Below, one piece after another: positions 16,769 to 26,600 of a stretch of 42,358 nucleotides of DNA. The stretch is from a virus. Its lineage: Duplodnaviria; Caudoviricetes. The stretch lies in IMG/VR virus record IMGVR_UViG_3300025655_000079, positions 1-42,358 of that record; one strand, written 5' to 3'. The translations under genes were made by a program, and so were the position numbers. The notes below the pieces were generated by a model. That model had not been told where the DNA came from, searched no databases, and worked only from the letters and a program-made list of their open reading frames with translations. Position 1 is the stretch's first letter; each line of letters begins with the position of its first letter.

Positions 16769-18762
16769 TATTTTAGTCCTATAAATTTAGCTACAGAGAG
16801 CAGCTTCTTGCCTACATAATGACCAAACGATCCGGGAGTCGCATGATCGGCAATAGCCTCGTCCCAGACAGCATCAGCAATATCAGAAGGAGTAGCTCCG
16901 GTCGTAGCAGGATCTACTGCATTATTGATAACAGTAGCCCCAAGGCTATAGTCAGTAACACTACCAACACCAGTAATGAGAATCGTTCCAGAAATACAAG
17001 TTGCGTCCAGAGTAACGCTACCACTACTGAGGTTGATAATAACGCTAGAATTAGCGGTAGAGCACCCCACAATACTGAGCTTTCCATACCACTCCGCAAC
17101 ATTAAGAACTGAGTCAGCACCTATGCTGATAGCAGGCGTAAAGCCGTTTGGCATCGAACTGGCGCAATTCTTCATGTAGGTGATCGAGCTAGCTACCGTA
17201 GCTACGTTACCTGCCACAGCACAGTTCTCAAAAAAGCCGTTCAGATACGCACCATTGGTAAGTACAGACTCTTGTACAATAACCGACTCAGAATAAAGTC
17301 CCTTGAACTGAACTCTGTGGAACTCTGAGTTCTTCAAGTCATAACCTACTGTATCCACTTCTGGAACACCTACACCTACCACTTTCAGATTCTTTACATT
17401 ACGATCAATCGCAATATCTGAAGTCACTATCAAAGTGGTTACATTGTGCGCTTCAGCAAAATCTATGGCATCGGTGATATTGTTAAACGGTTTTTCCTGA
17501 CTACCTTCGCCGTTAACCAGTGCTTCTGGGTCACAGTAGACAACTTTCTCCATGTAGTCCAGATAGTTGAGCAGATGCCCCATTGTGCCTTCTGCAATGT
17601 GACTTGCAGGGTTCGTATCCCACACAGCTTTGGCTACAGCGGTAGTTACTACGTCACCGGAAGTAGTCTCATTAACAAGAGTAAGGCCGCCGTTGATAAC
17701 ACCAGAATTAAGATATGTTCCATTCTCGTCAATGACTTTCCCATCCCCACGTACAACAACAGTTCCCGATACACAGGTAGAGTCTATGATTACCTGACCT
17801 GATGCCAAGTCAATGGAAGTAGCTTGGCCACCTGTCATATCTATCAATTTGATGCCACCATTGTACCCGCGTATAGCCAATGGAGTAGCTTGGATGCCTA
17901 TACCGTCACAATCGATGGTAGGAGTTCCGACCCCCGGAACACCGGAGTAGCAGTCTAGGAAATGAGCGGTATCAGACCCGCCAAGCGCAATAGTGCCGGG
18001 GTTTATCATACAACTGTACACAAACCCGTTAATGTAGTTCAGGTTGTCGATTACGCAGTTACGAAGGATCGTGCCACCGTCCAGATTACCTGTGACACTG
18101 GCTTCCTGAATCTCACAACCTTGTGTGTCTGCTCCTGAGTTTACGGTAATTTGAGTATTGGTGGCGTTCTCGCCCATCAGGATCATACCCTCGATATTAT
18201 CTCCGGTATCTAGGGTAAGGTTGCCGATAACGTGGATTCTGGTAAAGCCACGAACAGCGGCGATGGTCATAGCGTCTGTGACGTTATTAACTGGCTGAAG
18301 TGGCGTACCGGCAGGATATACAGTTCCGGGCGTACCACCGTTTTGATCCAGATGGACTTCTTCGCCAAAGATACCGTGCTGCAACTCTTTTACGTTAATA
18401 AGCCCTGCGGAGTTGTTCGACCTTATCTGAACAGTTCCCAAGTTAGTAACATCAAGGATATTATTGTTAGAGCCAACAAGATTGACCACATAAGGACTTC
18501 CAGTTTCTTCAAATGTGATGGTGTAACCGTTGATGATTTCGATGGTACGAGCGTAGTAGATACCACCAAGCAACACCTGAGTATTATGCCTATGAGTATC
18601 TGGCATAGACATGCCTACCTCTGAATCCTCCAAGTCCTTCAGAGCAAGACGGAAAGCAAAGGTGTCTAACTCGTAGACAGAGCCACCTATGAAGGAAACA
18701 ACCCCCGGAGTGTTCTGCTCAACGGTTATTACCTTGGTGGACCAATCAATTAGAATCGCCAT
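16768..18762 (-). CDS. Beta-helix-like virion protein with an internally duplicated module, 664 aa (start revised to MAILIDW)
   Basis: Two copies of G(T/S)...P(V/F)NN(V/I)TDA, TC(V/I)SGT and AVWD. Confidence 0.8.
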   Translation of the reverse strand: MAILIDWSTKVITVEQNTPGVVSFIGGSVYELDTFAFRLALKDLEDSEVGMSMPDTHRHNTQVLLGGIYYARTIEIINGYTITFEETGSPYVVNLVGSNNNILDVTNLGTVQIRSNNSAGLINVKELQHGIFGEEVHLDQNGGTPGTVYPAGTPLQPVNNVTDAMTIAAVRGFTRIHVIGNLTLDTGDNIEGMILMGENATNTQITVNSGADTQGCEIQEASVTGNLDGGTILRNCVIDNLNYINGFVYSCMINPGTIALGGSDTAHFLDCYSGVPGVGTPTIDCDGIGIQATPLAIRGYNGGIKLIDMTGGQATSIDLASGQVIIDSTCVSGTVVVRGDGKVIDENGTYLNSGVINGGLTLVNETTSGDVVTTAVAKAVWDTNPASHIAEGTMGHLLNYLDYMEKVVYCDPEALVNGEGSQEKPFNNITDAIDFAEAHNVTTLIVTSDIAIDRNVKNLKVVGVGVPEVDTVGYDLKNSEFHRVQFKGLYSESVIVQESVLTNGAYLNGFFENCAVAGNVATVASSITYMKNCASSMPNGFTPAISIGADSVLNVAEWYGKLSIVGCSTANSSVIINLSSGSVTLDATCISGTILITGVGSVTDYSLGATVINNAVDPATTGATPSDIADAVWDEAIADHATPGSFGHYVGKKLLSVAKFIGLK

Positions 18763-18949
18763 GAACCGTACTTCCCCGGCCACGGCCTAGAACATGACCG
18801 ATCAGTGATTTAGTATTTGCCTGATCCGCTGAAAGATTAGCAAGCGCACCCTCAATCTGAACAATTCTCTCCTGCATAGAACGAATGTTCTCAATAACAT
18901 TAACGAGTTCTTGGTGGAGTATCTTTATGTTTTTCTGGTCAGCAGTCAT
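18746..18949 (-). CDS. Small coiled-coil protein, 67 aa
   Basis: TAATG coupling to the upstream gene; heptad pattern. Confidence 0.7.
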   Translation of the reverse strand: MTADQKNIKILHQELVNVIENIRSMQERIVQIEGALANLSADQANTKSLIGHVLGRGRGSTVHGDSN

Positions 18950-20631
18950 TATTCATCCGGTATTAATGAAATTGTAATGTTAGTATCGTTCAAATTACTG
19001 AACGTGCCAACAATCGGTGAAGATTTGTAGTGTTTACTGTAAGCATGGGTATCGGGAGTTGCTGCCCTTACTGAACCTGCCAAAGTTTGAGCAGACCCTA
19101 ATGAACCAGTAAAACTGACCTGTCCGCTTGAATTAGTCTCAACCTTGTCGATGTACGTCGCCGTTGCGCCTGAGTTTCTACAATAGACCATCGCGCCTTC
19201 TATTGGAGAATTGGTAATAATATCCTGCACAGTAATAGTCAGCGTTACTTCATTAGCTGTTATTTCGAGCGTACCAGTACCAGTATTCTGTACTGTTGGT
19301 ATAGTTGCACCAGAGCCAACCGCAATTTTAAGAGCAGTGCCGCTAACTACGTTGACTGTAATAGCGCTATTTGCAGAACCTTGCGTTCCTGCTGTCGGAG
19401 ACTGTGTTGACCCTTCCCAAACAGATTGATTAGTAGTGCCGTTGTCTAGCTCATTAGTCCAGTTTATCGTTACTGAACCACCAGTATTTATCGTGCCTAA
19501 ATCAACGGCGTGTCCGGGCGATGTAGTTCCATTACCAACAAAAGTGCATCCAGTGACTACTGAAGCATCATTAACCGTCAAAGCAGTAGAAGCGGCAGAG
19601 TTGATAAAGAAACAGTCAGTAAAAGTTGCTCCACCCTGCGTTATTGCTTCACACCTACGAAAGATTGACCCTATAATTTCTGAATTGCTTTGAAATATAA
19701 ATGTGCCTAAATCAACAAACGTACAAGACGTAAACGTAATATTAGCATTAGCGACCGCTTCAAAGTCACCGGGAGAGATAGGGGAAGAGCCTGTAATACT
19801 TGTTTGCACACCTTGTATGGTAACAGAGTCTAAACTTACAGTTGATGAAGCATTGGATACTTCAATTTTATTAAACCCTGCGCTTACTCTTGGTGTGTCT
19901 TGAACGAGGATAGTCTTATTAGCGTCAGTAAGCGATACCGCTGTACCACTTGTTCCGAGGCTCATTAAGCCTTTCCACTCATAAATACCAGTAGCTTTAG
20001 GTATGAATAAGCCCCATCTCACAGTAGCAGTATTATCTGCTGTAGCCATTGAGGAGAAAGTTTCAGTACCCGTTACAACAATATCACCACGACCATAACG
20101 GATAATATCGGCAACAATTGGTGAACCCTTCGTTACCTTAGCAAGCGTATTAGGCAAGAACCCTATTACTCGATAACTACCACTCGTAAGACCAGAACCA
20201 TCAGAAGCATCTGGACTTGCAAAAGCTACCTCTGGATCAATAGCTACACTAATCCAACCGCCGGCAGGGTAAGGAGAGAAGTCACTACCATAGGCATTAA
20301 CGAAATCCATGTTACCACTGCTCGTTCCAATACCTATTCTGAAACCACCATTAGCCCATGTTTGAATGTTCGTTGCGGCATCATATTTACTCCAAGTCAG
20401 AAAGACCCATTTACTTGAGCCTGTCCAAGAAAGAGTAGAACCAAAGTCGCACTGCATACCTGCTGATGTACCAACTGCCTGACCTGTTGACTGGTCAACT
20501 GCTGTACCATTCTGCCAATAGTTTTCAGACGTAGCAGCAGGCGCACCTCCAGAGAGATGCCCTGCTAACTCCGCCCACTTGCCACTGGAGTCTGCCGCAT
20601 CAAAAACAGACAGGTTAGTAGTGACCGCCAT
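18949..20631 (-). CDS. Virion structural protein: beta-helix-like core plus C-terminal Ig/transthyretin-like domain, 560 aa
   Basis: FTSCTF / FTDCFF / VTGCTF turns; C-terminal LTITVQD....PIEGAMV...TNSSGQV. Confidence 0.75.
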   Translation of the reverse strand: MAVTTNLSVFDAADSSGKWAELAGHLSGGAPAATSENYWQNGTAVDQSTGQAVGTSAGMQCDFGSTLSWTGSSKWVFLTWSKYDAATNIQTWANGGFRIGIGTSSGNMDFVNAYGSDFSPYPAGGWISVAIDPEVAFASPDASDGSGLTSGSYRVIGFLPNTLAKVTKGSPIVADIIRYGRGDIVVTGTETFSSMATADNTATVRWGLFIPKATGIYEWKGLMSLGTSGTAVSLTDANKTILVQDTPRVSAGFNKIEVSNASSTVSLDSVTIQGVQTSITGSSPISPGDFEAVANANITFTSCTFVDLGTFIFQSNSEIIGSIFRRCEAITQGGATFTDCFFINSAASTALTVNDASVVTGCTFVGNGTTSPGHAVDLGTINTGGSVTINWTNELDNGTTNQSVWEGSTQSPTAGTQGSANSAITVNVVSGTALKIAVGSGATIPTVQNTGTGTLEITANEVTLTITVQDIITNSPIEGAMVYCRNSGATATYIDKVETNSSGQVSFTGSLGSAQTLAGSVRAATPDTHAYSKHYKSSPIVGTFSNLNDTNITISLIPDE

Positions 20632-20633
20632 AC

Positions 20634-22484
20634 TTATACGTCAGGTGTACGAATCGCAGAAATCGAGTTGTTGTTGTCAGCGATTGAAGCTGCTGATTCA
20701 AACGTCTTGATACCCTCTGCGTCACCACCAGTACCACCGTCACGCACACGGACATACAGATTGCGAGTAGCACTACCGTATGTAGCAGTGTAGGCGTTAG
20801 TTGCTGATGTGCCGTTGTACAGAGCGTCAATGTAAGCAATGAACATATCGTTGCTGATAGCCGCACCTGCTGTCAGAGCAGAACAATCACAACCAGTGAA
20901 TGTCAGCGTATCGGCTGAAGCGGTGTAACCTGTGTAAGTAACACGTTGGTAAACACCGTTGTCGTCCATAATACGCAGAGCAGTAGGAGTACCAGTACAA
21001 TCGTTTGGCGTATCGAACTCTGACTGTGTGCCTGTACCCAATGCCTCAGTACCACCAGTACCATCACCTGTCATTACTACAGTGGTAGAACCAGTTGTAA
21101 GCGCAGAAGTTGCTACAGCACCCTGAGTCATGTGGAAAGTACCGCCTGATTCTGGGCCTACAAGGATACGGTCTTCACCAGACTCCACACCTGTAACGGT
21201 AAAGGTTACGTTGGTTGGTGGAGTATGCGGAGCACCTGCAAGGTCAAACACCTTATCGTTCTTGCTAAGGTCAGTAGACAGAACACCAAAACCTGTCGCA
21301 CCGATGATCGCAGAACCAGTAGATACACCGATTATCGGTGAAGATACTGTGAACTCAGTGTTGCTTGAAACAGAGAACGTAGCACCAGAAGTTGTACCAG
21401 TAACCGTACCAGACGAAGGCGCAACACCAGTAAGAATCTGCATCCAGATTTTAGTAGCTGAACCAGTATCATCCACGGCAAGCAGTTGACCAGTACCAGT
21501 AGCCCAAGTAATTTCTTCTGGCTGTCCTGTCTGTGAGCTTGAAGCAGTACCGAAAGTACCAGTTGCCTGAGTACCGTTCAGAACATGAGTAATACCACGG
21601 AAAATCTTGGCATCAATGTTATACAGAGTACCTAAGTTTGCAGCAGCACCGCGAGACAGGTACTTGATGTACTGATACAACTGGTTGATGGTATTAGCAC
21701 CTTTAGTCCACTTGGAGTAGTAGTAAGAGGTGATACCAGTTTCAACGTCAATACCGTTGTAACCGTACAGTTGGTTAGAAATACCAGTCAGACCAGAGGC
21801 ATCAGACGCATCGTTCAAGTCGTCAGCGTAGGTCAAGGCGATAACGTTGTTACCGCGAGCAGAACCGTTTACCTTGAACTCGGAGAAGGTCTTACCAGTA
21901 CCGCCGTTTGAGCTTGCATCAACACGAGTCATACCGATATAGCGAGCGCCATCAATGTAACCGCCATCAGCATCAAAGTCATAAACTTTCAGCATGAAGC
22001 GGTGTGAGATACCGTTGTTGGTATCGAAGTTCAGACCTTTATAACCATTCGGGTTGATACCGCCATCATTGAACATGATGGTATTCCAGAAATCGTTAGT
22101 AATCTGAGCACCGTCCTGCATGATCTGCAAGTCCATATCAGGGGCAGCAATCACCACCTGACCGTCCCAGATTTTACAACCTGATGTGCCTAAAATTCCT
22201 TGTTCAATAGAACCGTCATACAGATGCTCGGCTACTGCGTCAGTAATGGTGTAACCATTAATGAGTTTGATGTAGTTGTCCGTTGCTCGGTCAGACGGAG
22301 TATCGTAGGTGATGTCGAGCAGGTCATTGCCTGATGCAACAGCATCATCGGCTTTGTCCATCAGCCATCTGTGAAACTCAATCGTGGTGTGATAAACCGC
22401 ACCAGTTGCCCCATGCGCTGCGCCTGTATAATCAATAACTTTTCCTGCGCTAATTGAAAAGTTGGCACTGTCTATTGCTGCCAT
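20634..22484 (-). CDS. G/T/A-rich virion structural protein, 616 aa, possibly high copy
   Basis: GGAG RBS; GGT/GCT/ACT/AAC codon bias resembling the capsid gene (by eye). Confidence 0.8.
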   Translation of the reverse strand: MAAIDSANFSISAGKVIDYTGAAHGATGAVYHTTIEFHRWLMDKADDAVASGNDLLDITYDTPSDRATDNYIKLINGYTITDAVAEHLYDGSIEQGILGTSGCKIWDGQVVIAAPDMDLQIMQDGAQITNDFWNTIMFNDGGINPNGYKGLNFDTNNGISHRFMLKVYDFDADGGYIDGARYIGMTRVDASSNGGTGKTFSEFKVNGSARGNNVIALTYADDLNDASDASGLTGISNQLYGYNGIDVETGITSYYYSKWTKGANTINQLYQYIKYLSRGAAANLGTLYNIDAKIFRGITHVLNGTQATGTFGTASSSQTGQPEEITWATGTGQLLAVDDTGSATKIWMQILTGVAPSSGTVTGTTSGATFSVSSNTEFTVSSPIIGVSTGSAIIGATGFGVLSTDLSKNDKVFDLAGAPHTPPTNVTFTVTGVESGEDRILVGPESGGTFHMTQGAVATSALTTGSTTVVMTGDGTGGTEALGTGTQSEFDTPNDCTGTPTALRIMDDNGVYQRVTYTGYTASADTLTFTGCDCSALTAGAAISNDMFIAYIDALYNGTSATNAYTATYGSATRNLYVRVRDGGTGGDAEGIKTFESAASIADNNNSISAIRTPDV

Positions 22485-22499
22485 TTAAAGTCTCCAAAG

Positions 22500-22844
22500 T
22501 TAAATTACTGTTGCCCCGCCAAATTCCGGTTTCTGATCCTGAATAATCGCCACAAGTGCGTTTTCTATAGCTACCGCCGCAGTAGCCAGATCATTATCAC
22601 CCGCTAATGCTTTGGCGTATGCAACAGCGGCGTAGTCATTGATTTCAACAGAGTCTACCTTGTTTTTGTAGTGCCTTACATTGTTATCATCAACAGCGTA
22701 AATGCGAAAAGAAATTTTGAGGGTATAGTATGGCGGTTTTGTATCGTCGCCACTAATCCTCTGGGTGAGGCGCAGTTCTTCCAGAAAAAACTTGTCGTAC
22801 ACAAGTGCCGGAAGAGTCTCAGAATTTTGTATTTGAATAGCCAT
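22500..22844 (-). CDS. Hypothetical protein, 114 aa (start revised to MAIQIQ)
   Basis: TAATG overlap at 22842-22846. Confidence 0.75.
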   Translation of the reverse strand: MAIQIQNSETLPALVYDKFFLEELRLTQRISGDDTKPPYYTLKISFRIYAVDDNNVRHYKNKVDSVEINDYAAVAYAKALAGDNDLATAAVAIENALVAIIQDQKPEFGGATVI

Positions 22845-23266
22845 TAGCTGTAACTCAAGGATGCCCTGTTTGCCCAAATGTTATCGAACTGAGAATCACC
22901 ATCAGCCCAATTGGTAGTAACATCGTCATCATTACCAATAACAATATGACGGATTCGCCAAACCGCAGAAGATTCTGAAGAACCGGGATCTGCTTCACCT
23001 TTATAAAGCTCCGAATCACTTATCCAGTCTACCCTCGTTGAATATGGCACTTCTTCTCCCGGTTCACCCTGCGGACCTTGCAAGCCATCTGCGCCTGCCG
23101 GACCTTGGATTCCTGCTGAGTAAATTGTAGCATTTTGAACCACTATTTCCACAGAATTGGGTTGAGTTGTTGACTCAACAAAGTATTTAGAAACAGCGAG
23201 TTGTACCTCAGAAGGGTAGTTCAGAGCGTCAACTACCGTGTTCTGGTTGATCGGGTAGACCGGCAT
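22844..23266 (-). CDS. Virion protein with a short collagen-like segment, 140 aa
   Basis: Seven G-X-Y triplets followed by a YKGEADPG....WRI....WANRASLSY domain. Confidence 0.8.
   Translation of the reverse strand: MPVYPINQNTVVDALNYPSEVQLAVSKYFVESTTQPNSVEIVVQNATIYSAGIQGPAGADGLQGPQGEPGEEVPYSTRVDWISDSELYKGEADPGSSESSAVWRIRHIVIGNDDDVTTNWADGDSQFDNIWANRASLSYS
23051..23113 (-). repeat. Collagen-like (G-X-Y)7 repeat
   Basis: GIQ GPA GAD GLQ GPQ GEP GEE. Confidence 0.85.
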
Positions 23267-23637
23267 TACCGTGTAACCTCTGGTGACAGACCAACTGAAC
23301 CCTTCAGGAGTCGAGTGACGTCACCGCCACTAGACTCCAGTTCTAGGTCGTAAACAGCCGTATCAAAGTCAAGTGCTGCCGTTATAGAGGCAGGAACGTT
23401 AAGGGTGATCGTACCTAAAGCACCGCCCAAAACCATATAAGTATTTGCTGTTGTGATCTCCAACAGAGGAGCCACATCCTCAATTTCTCCCCTAATGTGC
23501 ATCCTTCCGGAGAAACCAGACAGGTCAATTGGGTTGCCCAACTCATCTTTCCATGTGAAAACAGGGTTGAAAGTAGCCCCCTGCTCGATGGTTATGTTGA
23601 GCAGCCCTGCTTTTTCACTTAAACGTGGCGTAGCCAT
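23266..23637 (-). CDS. Ig-like adaptor protein (BppU-N-like), paralogue 1
   Basis: IEQGATF...PIDLSGFSGRMHIR...AVYDLEL...SPEVTR. Confidence 0.8.
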   Translation of the reverse strand: MATPRLSEKAGLLNITIEQGATFNPVFTWKDELGNPIDLSGFSGRMHIRGEIEDVAPLLEITTANTYMVLGGALGTITLNVPASITAALDFDTAVYDLELESSGGDVTRLLKGSVGLSPEVTR

Positions 23638-26600
23638 TACTCACTTTCTCCCCAATGTTTCCAGACGCTATATCCGGGCATAAACTGTTGTGGCTTACCA
23701 GAGGTAGCCATTTGCCACGTAGGTCCGAGCAAAGAGTCTACAGGGTTGCCGCCATATTTGAAATCCTTGTACATATCTATCCCTGTCTGATAACTGCCCG
23801 GTAAACCTGCACGTTGGGCTGAATGTAGGATATGGTCAAACCAACTCCAATCCTTTTTCCATCTAGGTTCTTCACTGCCGTACTGAATAAGTTCTCGAAG
23901 CATATCAGAGGCAAGCATAGCAGGCATCATCATTAATCCCACAGCAGCGGGCATCAAACTACCATGAACCGCCTCAAGCGCCATACGTTTCAGGATTACT
24001 TCGTGGAACGTGTACATAAAGGACTTCAGATGGAACATCAGCATGTAGTGAGGGTCAGAACCCCAAATAGGACGAAGCGCCGCATTTGGTCTTAGTACTG
24101 ACTGATCCACAAACTTGTTGACTGCTTTAGCCAGTTTTTCAGAACTACGGATTTGATTCCTAAGCGCGTCGTTCTCTTGCTTTAATTCCTCGATCTGATC
24201 CCTTTCAAACTGGAAATCGAGATTATGCATAATCTCTGCGTTCTCGTTTATCTTCGCCTCGGTCTCTTTGATCTGCTCGTATGACAGCAGAACGTAATCA
24301 CCATTGGCATCTGTTACCAAATCTTCAGGAGTCAAATCCAACTCAGCCATCCATCTGGCACTATTCCGGTCAGGATTAGTCATGTGCTTCTTAATGAACA
24401 GTAGACCAGTACGAGTTGCCGCTATACGGGTAAATTTAGTCCACAGGTTAAGACCAATCAAATTGAAGAACTTGTCATTGATCTTCAAATTCATACCGGA
24501 CATATAGTTCCCACCGTACAACTGGTTCAGAACCTCAATAGAAGAGTCACGACTTGAAGTACCAATAGCGTCGGCTATAGCCATCAATTCGCTTTCCTGT
24601 CCGTTATACTCTGCTTTCATGGCATTAAACGCTTCAACAAAACCCTGATAAGATACCTGAAGGTCTTGAGTACGGATCATCGTACCGAACGCATCAATAA
24701 CAGATGTCAGAGTAGCTAGACCAAGAGTTGCAAGGTTCACAGTGGTCATGACCGTAGCCATGCCTTTCTGTAGCCGCTTATCTATGACCTCACCCGGAAC
24801 AGGCGGCTGCATACCAAAGAAGGCCTTAAGCGCAGTGTTAGTGTCACGTCCAAGTGTACCCATTACAGCTTCTACATACTGTTTGGCTAAAACCAAATCC
24901 TGCTTAGTAGCACCTTGCCTGTTAGCTTCAGCAAGGATATACGCGAGCGGATCAGAACCCTGATAGTCCATATAGTCTCTGAACACTCGATTAAACTCTG
25001 CGCGTTTAACCATCTGATGAATATATGTGTGGACGCTCTGAGTAGCGTTGTCAGACAAGAACTTATTAAAACGGTTCATCTGCTCCGGCGTAGCTACTGT
25101 ACGAATCCAGTTCAGTGAACGGAACTTCTTAGCAGAAACATAAGGTCTGACTTTAGTAGCAGATTCCTCATCGTAATGCGTATCGCCCATATTGTTTACG
25201 ATAGTTTCCCACAATCTAGTCGGGTCCATCTGATGCTGCATAAGATGGTTACGCAGGTTCGCTTCATTAAACAGATCAATAAACTCTTCCCTATGATCTG
25301 TTAAATAAGGCAAGTCCATTGACCAAGGAGAATAGTTTTCGTCCAGATAGCCAATATCAACACCATTTTTCCTACCGTACTGGAACACATCAGCATACAG
25401 CGTTCTCATAGCTTTCAACGCAGTAATCAGTTTGTCGTTATACGCATGTTCATAATCTGCAACAGGAAGACCTAGGTTTAACATAGCACCAAGTTCCTGA
25501 AGCTCCACTTCAGTAAAGTCTTTAACTATCTGGTCGTATCTACGCAAGAACTTGTGCATATTACGTTCTTTGCCAGAAATGAACGATTCTTCCGTGTAGG
25601 CTTTACCGATACGCCCAAACAGCATATCACCTAGCTTTATCAACATAGGTATATTAGTGTCTTGCAGTCTGGTTGAAGCTGTAGAGAATACGCCTCCACC
25701 AAACCTAGACTTGTAAACTGCATCCCACGCAGGTTTGATATAACCGTTCCATGCCTGTCTTGCTACAGTATTCTGTGCGCCGCCAAGATGAGGGAACTGC
25801 TTATTAAGCGCAGCGTTACCTGAGTGAATATAGGCAAACATACGATCAGCCTGCTCAAGCTCATTCATATAATCGAACGTCTGACTTAATCCATCACTGA
25901 GATCCAAGAAGATTTTCCGCACTTTAGGATTCTTAATATCGGCGGCAGTACCGTCCATATTAAGGTTGCCAGTAGCCCACAACTGATAAGCATAAGCGAC
26001 AAGCAGGTTATCGTTCTTTATCAAGGCTTCTCTGAAGTTGCGGTTAGTCACGTTACCGATCAGATATTGACGTACATCTGGGCGGCGAGCAAACCGGAGT
26101 AATACCGTTCTAGCTTCATTCGAAATACCAGTATTACCGTTTGTCATAATGTCAGACATGATTTCACGATACAACGCATTGGTACGATCTTGCCCATGTA
26201 GCATACCCAACATGGCAATAGTATCTGCATCCATAGTAAGATTGGTAACAGACTTATAAAAGTCAGCGACAGCATTCAGATCATCTGGATTAAATTCTCT
26301 GTCGTTCTCGTAGTCCTGCATATTGATTCTGTGCCACGAACTTAAGGCTTCAGAGGCCATACGCGCTCCGCCCCAAAGAAGTGGACGATGCTCAACCAAC
26401 GCATCTACGAAATCCTGAACATTACCTTCGCGCACATAATCTTTATCAAACAGACGATGGAACATCGTGAGCAGATTGTCGATCATACGTTGAAACGCAG
26501 TTCTGGCAGGGGTTGTGTCACGTAAACGTGCAGACACACGATCAGCAAACCATTCGTGGAAGTCAGTTACATACTCAAGATACGCTTGCGCTTCGGCAGA

